This document shows, one piece after another, positions 26,112 to 36,486 of a stretch of DNA of 43,875 bases (position 1 is the first letter of the stretch; each line of letters starts with the position of its first letter). A program made the translations under genes and the position numbers. Below the pieces are notes generated by a model. The model was not told the origin of the DNA, did no database searches, and saw only the letters and a program-made list of their open reading frames with translations. Origin of the DNA: Vicinamibacterales bacterium (GTDB taxonomy: Bacteria; Acidobacteriota; Vicinamibacteria; Vicinamibacterales; SCN-69-37); contig JBKJTD010000202.1 of assembly GCA_046590915.1 (NCBI GenBank), positions 1 to 43,875 on the forward strand, given 5' to 3'.

Positions 26112-28756
26112 TGGCCACCCTTCCGCCTGGCACGCAGGTCGGCCCCTATCAAGTCACTGGTGAGATTGGCTCCGGCGGCATGGGCGAAGTCTTCCGCGCC
26201 CGTGACCTGACACTGCACCGCGATGTCGCCCTGAAGGTCCTGCTGCCGGTCCACGGCGCCGACGCCGGTCGACAACGACGCTTCGCCCGTGAGGCGAGGC
26301 TGCTGGCATCGCTCAATCACCCGCACGTCGCCCAGATCTACGGGATCGAGGAGTCCGCTGCAGGTCCGGTCATCGCCATGGAGTATGTCGATGGGCGCAC
26401 GCTGCGCGATCTATTGCACACCGGCGGCCTGCCTCGCGCCGGCACGCCGGAGCTGGCCCGGCAGATCGCATCAGCCCTCGACGCCGCTCACGAGAAGGGG
26501 TTCATCCATCGCGACCTGAAGCCGGCAAACATCATGGTCACGCCAGACGGGTCGGTGAAAATTCTCGACTTCGGTCTGGCACGGGCGTGGGCGCAGGAGG
26601 ACGACGACGCGAATGGGCAGGAAGTGACCATGTCGGCAACGACGATTGGCGAGGTTGTCGGCACGCCGGCGTACATGAGTCCGGAACAGGCAACCGGAGA
26701 GCGGGTCGACCGGCGCACGGATATCTGGGCCTTCGGCTGCGTGCTCTTCGAAATGCTCGCGGGCCGACCCGCGTTTCCCGGTCATTCCGTGCAGGACACG
26801 CTCGCCCGCGTGATCGCACGGGAACCGGACTGGGACGTGCTGCCGGCCGACACACCAGCCGCACTTCGCGCGCTGGTGGCGCGTTGTCTCGAGAAGGATC
26901 AGCGCCGACGCCTTCGTGACATCGGCGACGCGCTCTACGAGCTCAAAGTGGTCGATGGGGCGGCGAGTGCGACTGGCGGCGCAAGCGCGTTGGCGACGGC
27001 ACACGCGCGGCCGACACTGAATGGGCCTATGGCGTTCGCAGTCGCCGGAGCCGTGCTGGTGGGCGCGTTTGTGACGTGGGCGCTCTTGACCGCGGGCACA
27101 CCGGTCAACCCCGCGCGAGGCGCAGCGCCGATCCGGTTCGCCCTGCCACCTCCGCCTGGCCTCATGTTCGGAGGGGCACTTCCGAGCCTCGAAGCCACCA
27201 CGCTTGAGGCCTCGCCCGATGGCTCTCGGTTCGCGTTCATCGCGTCCGGGCCCGGTGCGCCACCGCACATCTGGATTCGGACGCTGGGGGACGAGTCCGC
27301 CGTCCGTCTGGATGGCACCGAAGGCGCCGTGTCGATGTTCTGGTCGCCAGACGGACGGGCACTCGGCTTTTTCGCAGACGCGCAGTTGCGACGAATCGAT
27401 CTGGACGGCGGCGCACCTGTGAAGATCGCGGACGTCGCCGTCAAGACGGGGTTGTCCGGCACATGGAGCGCCGCAGGCACCATCCTGTTCAGTGCCGTTC
27501 AGGGCGAGGCGATCTTCCGCGTGTCGGTTGGTGGGGGCACGCCGGTTCCGGTGATCACGGTGGACAAGCCCGGCCAGCGCGTGGTGTGGCCGCGCTTCCT
27601 GCCAGACGGTCGCAGATTCCTCTACACGGAGCTCAATTCCGATTTCAAGGGACGTGTGATGCTTGCTGACGGCGACGGGCCGGCCACCTCGTTATTCGAC
27701 GCGCAGTCGCACACGCAGTGGGTCGATCCGGACTGGGTGCTGTTCGTGCGCGAGGGAACGCTCCTGGCGCAGCGGGTCGACCTGCAGGCAAAACGCGTGG
27801 TGGGTGATCCCGTGTCGGTGGCCGGCCGCGTGGCGTATTCGGCGGCGACCGGCTGGGCGAATTTCACCGCATCACCGGGAGGGGCTCTCGCGTTCCAGAC
27901 CAGTCGCGACGAAAACCGCCTGACCTGGTTCGACCGGGCGGGCCGAGAAACCGGATATGCCGGCGAGCCAGGTGCCTACTTCACCTTGAGCCTGTCATCC
28001 GACGACCGCACCGTCTTGTTCACGAGGCAGCGGCCCGAGTTGGGGACGTACGACATCTGGTCGATGGATTTGTCGAGGCAGTCCGAGACGCCGGTGACCA
28101 CGTCGCCGGGCATGGAAACCGGCGAAGTCTGGCTCTCAGATGGACGCGAAGTGCTGTATGCCGCGGCGACGGGGACGGCGCCAAATATCTATCACAAAAA
28201 TCTCTCGACGGGAGTGGAGCGGCGGCTGCTCACCTCACCACGATTTCAATTCCCGACAGCAGTGACCTCTGATCGCGCACGGATCTTCTACCAGCAGCGC
28301 ACCGAACAGGGCACGTGGGATGTCATGTCGATGACGATGACCGAACCCCGAGAGCCGACGCCGGTGCTCTCGACGCCGTTCTCGGAGCACACACTGCGGA
28401 TGGCCCCGTCGGGCAAGTACGTCGCCTACGTGTCCGATGAATCCACGAGGCCTCAGGTCTACGTGGCGCCGTACCCCTCGATCAACAGCAAGGTCATGGT
28501 GTCGTCCACTGGCGGGGGCCGGCCGCGATGGAGCCGCCGCAGCGACGAACTCTACTTCCTGTCATCTGGCCAATTGATGGTCACGACTGTCGATGTCTAC
28601 GGCCAGCCAGGCCAGACGCGTCCGCTGTTTGGCACGCCAGGTTGGCTCGACTTTGACGTGACAAACGATGGCCGCATCCTCGCCAACGTGTCACGCGTCG
28701 TCGCCCGGGAGCTGCCAATCTCGGTCATCGTGAACTGGTCGCCGCCCCCTCGCTGA
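26111..28756 (+). CDS. Hanks-type Ser/Thr protein kinase, one TM helix, periplasmic TolB-like beta-propeller
   Basis: Motifs GSGGMGEVF, HRDLKPANIMV, DFGLAR and GTPAYMSPEQ. TM segment FAVAGAVLVGAFVTWALL. Repeated SPDG propeller motifs. Confidence 0.9.
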   Translation: MATLPPGTQVGPYQVTGEIGSGGMGEVFRARDLTLHRDVALKVLLPVHGADAGRQRRFAREARLLASLNHPHVAQIYGIEESAAGPVIAMEYVDGRTLRDLLHTGGLPRAGTPELARQIASALDAAHEKGFIHRDLKPANIMVTPDGSVKILDFGLARAWAQEDDDANGQEVTMSATTIGEVVGTPAYMSPEQATGERVDRRTDIWAFGCVLFEMLAGRPAFPGHSVQDTLARVIAREPDWDVLPADTPAALRALVARCLEKDQRRRLRDIGDALYELKVVDGAASATGGASALATAHARPTLNGPMAFAVAGAVLVGAFVTWALLTAGTPVNPARGAAPIRFALPPPPGLMFGGALPSLEATTLEASPDGSRFAFIASGPGAPPHIWIRTLGDESAVRLDGTEGAVSMFWSPDGRALGFFADAQLRRIDLDGGAPVKIADVAVKTGLSGTWSAAGTILFSAVQGEAIFRVSVGGGTPVPVITVDKPGQRVVWPRFLPDGRRFLYTELNSDFKGRVMLADGDGPATSLFDAQSHTQWVDPDWVLFVREGTLLAQRVDLQAKRVVGDPVSVAGRVAYSAATGWANFTASPGGALAFQTSRDENRLTWFDRAGRETGYAGEPGAYFTLSLSSDDRTVLFTRQRPELGTYDIWSMDLSRQSETPVTTSPGMETGEVWLSDGREVLYAAATGTAPNIYHKNLSTGVERRLLTSPRFQFPTAVTSDRARIFYQQRTEQGTWDVMSMTMTEPREPTPVLSTPFSEHTLRMAPSGKYVAYVSDESTRPQVYVAPYPSINSKVMVSSTGGGRPRWSRRSDELYFLSSGQLMVTTVDVYGQPGQTRPLFGTPGWLDFDVTNDGRILANVSRVVARELPISVIVNWSPPPR

Positions 28757-28805
28757 CTCACACCCTGTATCATTCAGCACTCGGGATCGGTCAGTAGAGG
28801 CGCAC

Positions 28806-29273
28806 ATGTTCAAACTGATAGTTGGCTCACTTGCCGGCGCGATCGCCGGCTACGTCGTCATGGCCGTGTTCATCGCCGCTACGTTTGCCATGGCATTCCC
28901 GGTTCTTGGGACCGATCGACTGTTCGCACCTGGTACCTATGAGGCGTCCACTTCCTGGATTGCACTGAGCCTGGTGCTCGGTCTGGCCGGCGCCATGCTT
29001 GGCGGATGGGTCGCCTGGTATATCAGTCCCAAATCCCGCGCCGTGGCGGCCCTGGCGGGACTGGTGCTGGTCTTCGGTCTGTTCTCGGCGCAAGCCGCGC
29101 AAAAGGAAGTCGTCGCCCGCGGGGGCCCACGTGGTCCGAATGCGACGATGAGCGATGTGATGGCGCATGCGCGACAGCCGACATGGATCACCTTCCTGAA
29201 TCCGCTGCTTGGCGCGGTTGGTGTCCTCATCGGCGGCCGACGCAGGCCGAAGCAACAGCTTCGTTTTTATTGA
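28806..29273 (+). CDS. Hypothetical integral membrane protein (about 4 TM helices)
   Basis: Four hydrophobic segments. GAGG ribosome-binding site. The 3' end overlaps the convergent ADOP gene by 7 nt. No family recognised. Confidence 0.55.
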   Translation: MFKLIVGSLAGAIAGYVVMAVFIAATFAMAFPVLGTDRLFAPGTYEASTSWIALSLVLGLAGAMLGGWVAWYISPKSRAVAALAGLVLVFGLFSAQAAQKEVVARGGPRGPNATMSDVMAHARQPTWITFLNPLLGAVGVLIGGRRRPKQQLRFY

Positions 29274-31726
29274 TCTGCGAGCGCCGTCAGGGGATTCACC
29301 TTGGCGGCGCGCCTGGCCGGGATCATCGTCGCCGCCACCGCCACGAGTGTGAGGATGAGCGACACCAGGCCGATGACCGTCGGGTCATTGGGTGCCACTT
29401 CGTACAGCTGGCTCCGCATCGCTTCGCCAACAAAATAGGTCCCCGCGAGCCCAAGGGCGAGACCCGCGCCGGCAATCTTGAGGCCGTCCCCCACCACCAG
29501 GCCAAACACCTCGCGTGTGGTGCTGCCAAGCGCCATCCGGATACCAATCTCGCGGCGGCGCTGGGCCACCTGATAGGCAAGGACACCATAGACACCAATG
29601 GCCGACAGGAAGACCGCGACGATGGCAAATGCCGCTGCTAACAGCATCGGCACGCGGCGGCTGATGAGCGACTCCTCCATCAACTCCATCATCGTATGCA
29701 CGGAATACACCGGCAGATCAGGATTGACCTCTGCGACCTTCTTCCGCAGCGAATTCACGACCGCCTCTGGAGACGTGAGTGTGCGGAGGGCCAGAGACAG
29801 GCTGCGAGCGGGGGCCTGTGCCTGCGCGAAATAGTAGGCGCCCACCATGGGGGTGCTGCTCGCCAACCCGGTGATTTGTACGTCCTTCACGACACCAATG
29901 ACGTTGTAGAAGCGGGTCTCTGGTGTGATTGCCGTTGGATCGTCCATGCTGGCGGGCGGGTACATCCGGCGACCGATTGGATCCTGGCCAGGCCAGAATT
30001 TCCCGGCCAGTTTTTCGTCCACGATCATGACCAGAGGCGCGGCAGCCGTGTCACTGGCTGTGAAGAATCGGCCACGCACAAGAGGCGTATTCATCGCCTC
30101 GAAGTAGCCGTTGCTCACCGACGTCTGCGCCGGCGAGAGAAGTGATTCGCCCGGCTTGGCCACATAGCCTTCGGCAAAGATGACGCTGCTGCTGTAATCG
30201 CCAGACATCGGCAGGGTCGAAGTCAGGCCGGCGTGCTCCACTCCGGCAATTGACTGTGCCGCGTCCACGAGCCTGCGGGAGACTGTTGCCAGCGCAGCGT
30301 CATCGGCGTAGGCGGCAGACGGCAACGTCACCTGCGCGGTGATGACACCGGCCGGCGTAAAGCCTGGGTCGATCTTGAGCACTTGGCGGAAACTTGCCAG
30401 CATCAGGCCTGCACCAATCAGGAGCACAAAGGCGAGCGCCACCTGTGCGGTCGCGAGCCCACGTCGAAGCAGGTTCGTGCTCCGGCTGACGGTGCCGCCA
30501 CGGCCTTCGTCCCGAAGAGTGCTGTTGACGTTCATCGTGCGCAGGCGCACCACCGGGACGAGGCCGATCAGGAAACCGACCACCATCGTCAGGCCTATCG
30601 CCACCGCCACGGTGGTGACGTCCATGTGAATTTCGTGGCCCCGCGGCAACTCATCGAGTCCAAGCGCGGGGACTGCCGACAGTGCCCACCATCCCAACAT
30701 GATTCCGAGCAGGCCTCCTCCGAGCGCCACCATCATCGTCTCTGACAACAACTGGCGGCTCAGGCGACCATGAGAGGCGCCGACCGCGTGTCGCGTCGCC
30801 ATCTCACGCGCGCGGCCACTCGCCCGAATCATGACAAGGTTCGCAATGTTCACACAGCCGATGAGCAGCACGAAGCCAACGCCACCCCAGAGAAGAAACA
30901 GCACCGGCTTCAGCTCGCGCACGAGGTCGTCCTGCAGCATGAGGGCGTCAGTTCTGAACCCCGCATCCTTGAGAATTTGTCTGAACTGGGGGAACTGTTC
31001 GTCGTTGGCGGCATTGATCGCATCCACTTGCTGCTGCACCTGCGTGATCGTTGCTCCCTGCTTCAACCTCCCCACCATCGTCCAGCTGTTGCTGTGGCGG
31101 CCGCTGTCGGATTTTTCTACAGCGGTGAACTGCGTGGGCAGCCAGACATCAATGTCGTTCCAAAGGACGGTGAACGTCGAGGGCAGCACTCCAGCAACCA
31201 CGTGAACGTTGCCGTTGAGTCGCATCTCGCGTCCGACGATACCGCTGTCGGCGCCGTATTTCTGCTGCCAGACCGCGTGGCTCAGCAGGACACGGCGGGG
31301 CGCGCCTTCTGCGGCGTCGGCTTCTGTAAACAGACTACCAAGCCTCGGGACTGCGCCGGTGAGCGTGAAGAATGAGGGCGTCGCCTGAACAGAGATCAGG
31401 CGCTCCGCTCCACCGTCGGCGCCAAGTGTGACGCCTGTACGTCGATACAGAGCCTGATCTTCCAGTGTCGTGACACCCGTGAGTCGATCAAAGTAGTCGG
31501 GAATGCCCGCCCCGGCCCTCGGCGCGCCTGCATTGGGATAACTGTTGAGCACCAGCACCAGGCGATCAGCATGGGGCACCGGCAGGGGCCGTAACAACAC
31601 CGACTGCACCACGCTGAAAATCGCGGTGTTTGCGCCGATGCACAAGGCCAGCGTCAGCAGTGCGGTGACGGTGAAACTTCGGTCTTTCAGGAGGAGTCGG
31701 AGGGCGTGCCTGACATCGAACAGCAT
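29267..31726 (-). CDS. ADOP-type duplicated MacB/FtsX permease
   Basis: N-terminal segment [28 protein letters not shown]. Two MacB-periplasmic plus FtsX halves ([12 protein letters not shown]..., [12 protein letters not shown]...). C-terminal [17 protein letters not shown]. 819 aa. Confidence 0.9.
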   Translation of the reverse strand: MLFDVRHALRLLLKDRSFTVTALLTLALCIGANTAIFSVVQSVLLRPLPVPHADRLVLVLNSYPNAGAPRAGAGIPDYFDRLTGVTTLEDQALYRRTGVTLGADGGAERLISVQATPSFFTLTGAVPRLGSLFTEADAAEGAPRRVLLSHAVWQQKYGADSGIVGREMRLNGNVHVVAGVLPSTFTVLWNDIDVWLPTQFTAVEKSDSGRHSNSWTMVGRLKQGATITQVQQQVDAINAANDEQFPQFRQILKDAGFRTDALMLQDDLVRELKPVLFLLWGGVGFVLLIGCVNIANLVMIRASGRAREMATRHAVGASHGRLSRQLLSETMMVALGGGLLGIMLGWWALSAVPALGLDELPRGHEIHMDVTTVAVAIGLTMVVGFLIGLVPVVRLRTMNVNSTLRDEGRGGTVSRSTNLLRRGLATAQVALAFVLLIGAGLMLASFRQVLKIDPGFTPAGVITAQVTLPSAAYADDAALATVSRRLVDAAQSIAGVEHAGLTSTLPMSGDYSSSVIFAEGYVAKPGESLLSPAQTSVSNGYFEAMNTPLVRGRFFTASDTAAAPLVMIVDEKLAGKFWPGQDPIGRRMYPPASMDDPTAITPETRFYNVIGVVKDVQITGLASSTPMVGAYYFAQAQAPARSLSLALRTLTSPEAVVNSLRKKVAEVNPDLPVYSVHTMMELMEESLISRRVPMLLAAAFAIVAVFLSAIGVYGVLAYQVAQRRREIGIRMALGSTTREVFGLVVGDGLKIAGAGLALGLAGTYFVGEAMRSQLYEVAPNDPTVIGLVSLILTLVAVAATMIPARRAAKVNPLTALADQ

Positions 31727-31798
31727 GGAGAAGCGGACGGGAATCGCAGTCCAGAGGTTCCGACGGAGATCCTGGGGTCGAGGGGTCCGGGGGTTCGA

Positions 31799-32893
31799 TC
31801 AGGCAGACAACGGGGCGCCGGAGCCGTGGTAGCGGATCTGGGTGATCTCGGCCATGACCGAGAGGGCGATCTCGGCCGGCGTCCGCCCGCCCAGGTCCAA
31901 GCCCACGGGTGCGCGAATGGCTGTGATGCGGTCGTCACTCACGCCCTCCTCACGCAGCATCTGTTCGATCAGTACCGTTTTGCGTCGACTACCAAGCAGA
32001 CCGATGTATCGCGCGTTGGTACGCACAGCCTGCATCACACAATCAGCATCCAGCTTGTGACCGCGGGTGGCGATGACGATGAAACTGTTCCAGCTGTATG
32101 AGAGGCTGCCGAGTGTCTCCGGCACATCGCCCTGGAGAACCGTGGCCAGCGGGAATCGCTCCGCACTTGCAAACTCCGGGCGGTCCTCGACAATCGTCAC
32201 GTCAAAATCGAGCGCTGCTGCCTGACGGGCGATCGCCAGCGCCACGTGACCACCGCCGGCGACAACGATGCGTGGCCGACTGGCAATGGCTTCGACAAGC
32301 AGATCGTGCTGCTCGCGATCGGTGTCATCCTTCACGATGCGGGGGGTGCCGTGGGGCAATTGTGCGAGTGCCGCGATCTGCGCTGCGGCGTCACAGGCCG
32401 ACGCTCCCAGTGATCCGACGCGTACGCCGTCTGCTCTCACCATGCATCGCCCGGCCATTGCGAGGTCGCCGCCGTTTTTTTTCAGTCGCGTGACAATGGC
32501 CACCGGAGCGCCGCCGACGGACGCGTCGGCGAGTTCGGAGAGCACGTCTTTTCCGTCAAACGTGTAGGCGTGGTCATCGCGCTGCACCAGAATCCACATG
32601 GTCCCTCCGCAGACCAGCCCTGTGTTCCACGCGAGCTCTTCGGTCAGTTCATAGGCGCGAAGGGACGGAATGCCGCTCGTGATGACCTGCAGCGCGCTGT
32701 CCACCGCGTCGGCCTCCACACACCCGCCGCCCAGCGTGCCCACGGCCGCCCTCACGTCCTCGCCTTCGCCCAGCACCAGTGTGGCCCCCGCCACTTGTGG
32801 CGTGCTTCCATGTGTTCTCACGACGGTGGCGACCGCAAAACGACGACCCCCTTGGCGCAGACCGACCATGCGGGCGTAGAGTGATTGATTCAC
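31799..32893 (-). CDS. xdhC: XdhC/CoxI-family molybdoenzyme maturation factor
   Basis: N-terminal XdhC_CoxI segment FAVATVVRTHGSTPQ. Rossmann-like XdhC_C segment RIVVAGGGHVALAIARQAAALDFDVTIVEDRPEF. GTG start. Confidence 0.85.
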   Translation of the reverse strand: MNQSLYARMVGLRQGGRRFAVATVVRTHGSTPQVAGATLVLGEGEDVRAAVGTLGGGCVEADAVDSALQVITSGIPSLRAYELTEELAWNTGLVCGGTMWILVQRDDHAYTFDGKDVLSELADASVGGAPVAIVTRLKKNGGDLAMAGRCMVRADGVRVGSLGASACDAAAQIAALAQLPHGTPRIVKDDTDREQHDLLVEAIASRPRIVVAGGGHVALAIARQAAALDFDVTIVEDRPEFASAERFPLATVLQGDVPETLGSLSYSWNSFIVIATRGHKLDADCVMQAVRTNARYIGLLGSRRKTVLIEQMLREEGVSDDRITAIRAPVGLDLGGRTPAEIALSVMAEITQIRYHGSGAPLSA

Positions 32894-33066
32894 GCTCTCA
32901 TTCTACCCACGCCATCCTCCTTCGCTCCTGCGGAGCTACGGCGGACTCCGCCTACGCCACCCACGCCACCCACACCACCTACTTCACCTTCTCAAGCGTG
33001 CGGATCACCCGCAAGGGCGATAGACCCTCCGGTGCGACGACTGCTCGCACGATCCAGGAGAAGTTT

Positions 33067-33654
33067 CTAGATGCTACCGGGCAGATCCGCCGGACGGTCC
33101 ACGTCGCGACGCACGCCAGTATCGGTGACATCGACGTGGAGCACATCCTCCTCCCGGATCAGATGGTCCAGTCGGTCGGCGGTCTCAGTTGCCAGAATCC
33201 GGTCCCGCAGGCCGGGTCCACACACCACCGGGTGACCAGGACAGTCATCCAGTCTCGGGACCACCGTCCGTCCAGTCATCGCCGCCGACGACAGCAGGCG
33301 GGCGACAGTGGCGGGCTCCACAAAGGGCATGTCGCCGGGCATCAGCACACAGACCCCCGCGTCTGCGGCAGCAACGAAGCCGCACTGGATCGAGGAGAAC
33401 ATGCCGCGATCCGGGTCAGGATTGACCACACACGTCACGGCCAGGCCCGACAGAGCGCGGGCAATCATCGTGGCCTGGCTGCCGGAAACGACCACGACAC
33501 TGCGATCAACACCGCCCGCCACAAGGGACTCCACGGTGCGGCGAATCATGGGCACGCCGTCGATCGGCGTCAACATCTTTGGGGGCATCCCTTCACCGGC
33601 CTGAGCAAAACGGGCACCTCGGCCAGCCGCCAGCACCACCGCAACAATGCTCAT
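33067..33654 (-). CDS. mocA: MobA-like NTP transferase, molybdenum cofactor cytidylyltransferase-like
   Basis: N-terminal segment VAVVLAAGRGARF...K.L..I.G.PM. 195 aa. Sits between bcp and xdhC. ATGA overlap with the bcp stop. Confidence 0.7.
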   Translation of the reverse strand: MSIVAVVLAAGRGARFAQAGEGMPPKMLTPIDGVPMIRRTVESLVAGGVDRSVVVVSGSQATMIARALSGLAVTCVVNPDPDRGMFSSIQCGFVAAADAGVCVLMPGDMPFVEPATVARLLSSAAMTGRTVVPRLDDCPGHPVVCGPGLRDRILATETADRLDHLIREEDVLHVDVTDTGVRRDVDRPADLPGSI

Positions 33655-34124
33655 CGCGAGCGCATCAGCGCACTCAGCACTTCGTCCACATGCCCTTCGA
33701 CAGACACCTTGTCCCAGCGCTTTGCGACTTTTCCATCCTCACCAATCAGATACGTGGTGCGGACGATGCCGAAGTACTTGCGGCCGTAGCGCATCTTCTC
33801 CTGCCAGACGCCGTACTTGTCGGCCACTTCATGATCGGCATCCGCCAGTAACGGGAACGTGAGGCCATGCTTGTTTGCGAACTTCGCCTTGCTCTTTTCG
33901 TCAAGAATGCTCACGCCCAGAACAACCACATCACCCGCCTTGCCGAACGTCGGGAGGCGCGACTGGAAGTCGCATGACTGGGTGGTGCACCCTGGCGTGT
34001 CGTCTTTGGGATAGAAGTACAACACCACTGGCCGACCCGCATACTGCGACAACCTGTGGGTCGTGCCGGTCTGGTCTTTCAGTGTGAACGCTGGGGCTTT
34101 TTGGCCTGGATCGATTAGGGGCAT
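33651..34124 (-). CDS. bcp: Thiol peroxidase (peroxiredoxin, Bcp type)
   Basis: Motif VVLYFYPKDDTPGCTTQSCDF carries the peroxidatic and resolving cysteines. 157 aa. Confidence 0.9.
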   Translation of the reverse strand: MPLIDPGQKAPAFTLKDQTGTTHRLSQYAGRPVVLYFYPKDDTPGCTTQSCDFQSRLPTFGKAGDVVVLGVSILDEKSKAKFANKHGLTFPLLADADHEVADKYGVWQEKMRYGRKYFGIVRTTYLIGEDGKVAKRWDKVSVEGHVDEVLSALMRSR

Positions 34125-34178
34125 TGGAGGATTCTACCTAACCGATCGGTCAACACAGTCGACGATGCGGGTCGGGCG

Positions 34179-35612
34179 TCACGGCGTTGCCGAAATGGCA
34201 ACCGGCTCCGTGACCTCGAGCCCCGACCGGTCGTGAGGTACAACGGGGATCAGCCGGCCGTCGGTTGACACGCCGCCAATCGGCACAACGGTCATCTGCG
34301 ATCCATTCACTTGCACCAGGAGGAAGTGCCCCTCGTTGGCCCACGAGACCGTGTGCGCCGAGTCGAAGCGATTCGCGCTTGGAGGTTCTGGCGACACCTT
34401 TCCACCTCCCCCTGTGACGAAGTAATGCGCGGAGTTCGCAAGCGAGTGCTGGTAGTTGTGCTCGTGCCCGAAGAACGCGACGCGCACGCCGGCGAACTGA
34501 AAACGGCTGACCAGATGCTCAATGACCGACTCCGAATTGTGATGACGCGGCCCGGCCGTATACGGCGGGTGATGCGCGAATGGAATCTGCCAGCGGGGTG
34601 CGCCGGCGCCCGCCTTGGCACGGAACGTTTCATCGAGGAACCCAAGGTGCCTGGGATTCAGAAAGTAGCGATCGCCTGGAATGGGCGAAGCCTTCGACGT
34701 GTCGAGGCACACGAACTCGATGTCCGCGCCGAATCGAAATCGGTAGAACAGGCCCGGCTCCATCGAGGCGAACGGCGCGACGTCCGGCGCGTCAAACCGC
34801 TCCTGCAGAAAGAAGTTGTCCATCAACTGACTACGATCGTCGTTGTCGAACTCCGCTTCACCGGAATCATGGTTGCCCACCGACGGATAGAACGGCACGC
34901 GATTGAGGATGTAGCGATACGGCTGATAAAAAGTGAAGAACCAGTCATCGTCTTCGTCACCGGTCGCGCCAATCGCGAGTCCGAAGACCTTCCTGCCTGC
35001 GTAGATGTTGTCGCCGGTCGTCAGGACCAACCGCACGCCCGCCGAATCGACCGCCTGTGTCAGCGCGACTGCAATCTCGCGCTGCTGGTTCTTGGGGGTG
35101 GACGCCTTGCGCACACCAACGCCGAAATCGCCCAGCACCGCGAATGCCAGGGGCGTCGAGACGGTGGGATGCGCATGCGTGCGGAAGCGGTTGTCGTACC
35201 GCCCCCCGAGTGGCGCAAGCCCGGCGGCGCCGTCCGCCACCACCCAATCGAGCAGTTCGCCTGCGCCCCACGGTTCGCCGTTCACCACGACCCGATAGGT
35301 GTATTCGGTGTCGGGGGTCAGTCCGGTGATCCGGACGTGATTGGTGAGCGTGGTCGCGGCCACCGCAGCGATGGCGCCCGTCGCGGCCTCGCGCACCTCG
35401 ACGACCGCGTCACCGTAGGGCTCCGAGTGCGCACCAATCGTTTGGCGTCTGGGCGGATGCACGCGATCAAGATCGCTGTCATCCACCAGCTTGAAGTCAC
35501 CGCGTTTGTCCTTGATCCTGAAGAAGAAGCTGCCCCACGAAATGATCGCCGTCTTCTGTGACACGTCCGCGAGCTGGAGATACTCCTCGCGATGAAACTC
35601 TCCCTTGGCCAT
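34179..35612 (-). CDS. Metallophosphoesterase (purple-acid-phosphatase-like, with an N-terminal Fn3-like domain)
   Basis: Calcineurin-like motifs GDFG, TTGDNIY, VGNHD and FGHEHNYQH. The N-terminal segment ISWGS...YRVVVNG is typical of PAP N-domains. Confidence 0.8.
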   Translation of the reverse strand: MAKGEFHREEYLQLADVSQKTAIISWGSFFFRIKDKRGDFKLVDDSDLDRVHPPRRQTIGAHSEPYGDAVVEVREAATGAIAAVAATTLTNHVRITGLTPDTEYTYRVVVNGEPWGAGELLDWVVADGAAGLAPLGGRYDNRFRTHAHPTVSTPLAFAVLGDFGVGVRKASTPKNQQREIAVALTQAVDSAGVRLVLTTGDNIYAGRKVFGLAIGATGDEDDDWFFTFYQPYRYILNRVPFYPSVGNHDSGEAEFDNDDRSQLMDNFFLQERFDAPDVAPFASMEPGLFYRFRFGADIEFVCLDTSKASPIPGDRYFLNPRHLGFLDETFRAKAGAGAPRWQIPFAHHPPYTAGPRHHNSESVIEHLVSRFQFAGVRVAFFGHEHNYQHSLANSAHYFVTGGGGKVSPEPPSANRFDSAHTVSWANEGHFLLVQVNGSQMTVVPIGGVSTDGRLIPVVPHDRSGLEVTEPVAISATP

Positions 35613-35630
35613 GCAGAACTCCCTGCTCTT

Positions 35631-36437
35631 TCAGTGCGTGAGGCCGTAGATGATGGCGTTGACACCCAGCTTGAAGGCCTCGTTGGATTGTTCGATCGGC
35701 CGCAGCCCGCGCCCTGACCATTCCCAAAACTGCGAAATGTCCGTGTTGTAGTTGATGAACATCTGCATCCGCTTTGTGGGGTCGTTGTTCTCAAACAGTC
35801 CGCGGAAGATCGGTCGACCGGCGTTGTAGGCCTGCGGAAAGATGTCGAGTGATTCTATCGTGAAGAACTGACTGAAGACCGGGTGTGTGATGTCGAGATC
35901 GAGAAACCTGCCCTCAGGCACCACACGACGCATGTTGTCAGCAAACTGATCCCAGCCGCGTCCACCGCGCCACTCGGCGGTTTTGAAGTCGTCCACGATC
36001 ACAAAGCCGCCCTTGTCGAGAAACGCCCGCAGGTTCCGGGCTTCCTTTTCGGTGATCTGCCACCAGCTGACCTCGATGATGTACAGCAACGGGTATTTGA
36101 AGATCTCGGGATCCTCGAGCGAAAGGGTGTTGGTGCGGCGATGGCCCGTGACGCTGGTGAACGTCTCGAGAATCTGCATCAAATTTTCTTCCGACGCGGG
36201 GTACCCGTGTGACCAGGCCGGCTGCCCGCGATACCAGTGCCCGCCGGGCAACGTGTCGTAGGTGAGCCGCACAAACGCAAACCGGCCGTCGTAGGGGATG
36301 TTGTCGGCGGTCATGAGCGGCCGCCCGAGGCGTCCATCGAACGGGTCGCCGAATCCGCCGCGCTGCGCAAGCGCAAAGCCCGACACCGCGAGTGCGACCA
36401 GCACGGCCAGTGGGGCCATGGCGACACGTCCCTTCAT
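35631..36437 (-). CDS. Secreted DUF4159-like protein
   Basis: Signal peptide. The segment FAFVRLTY...YPLLYIIEVSWWQITEKEARNLRAFLDKGGFVIVDDF resembles DUF4159 as I recall it. Confidence 0.6.
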   Translation of the reverse strand: MKGRVAMAPLAVLVALAVSGFALAQRGGFGDPFDGRLGRPLMTADNIPYDGRFAFVRLTYDTLPGGHWYRGQPAWSHGYPASEENLMQILETFTSVTGHRRTNTLSLEDPEIFKYPLLYIIEVSWWQITEKEARNLRAFLDKGGFVIVDDFKTAEWRGGRGWDQFADNMRRVVPEGRFLDLDITHPVFSQFFTIESLDIFPQAYNAGRPIFRGLFENNDPTKRMQMFINYNTDISQFWEWSGRGLRPIEQSNEAFKLGVNAIIYGLTH

Positions 36438-36456
36438 GGAAAAAGCATACGGTAGA

Positions 36457-36466
36457 CCCTATAATC
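36457..36466 (+). promoter_or_regulatory. Candidate -10 region CCCTATAATC (TATAAT at 36460-36465) upstream of tricorn copy 2
   Basis: Perfect TATAAT 21 nt before the ATG at 36487, with GGAG in between. It lies in the 49-bp divergent spacer. Confidence 0.35.
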
Positions 36467-36486
36467 GCCGCACCTTGGAGTCCCCC

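Noticed and set aside
31727-31798. GGTTCGATC (31792-31800), which resembles a tRNA T-loop, in the spacer between the ADOP and xdhC genes.
   Set aside because: There are no complementary T-stem, acceptor or anticodon arms around it, and the spacer is only 72 nt.
32894-33066. Possible Moco riboswitch in the spacer upstream of xdhC.
   Set aside because: I could not find the conserved Moco-motif features from memory. The spacer is dominated by a G-rich repeat, and I cannot run a covariance model here. The spacer is noted in the findings on other grounds.
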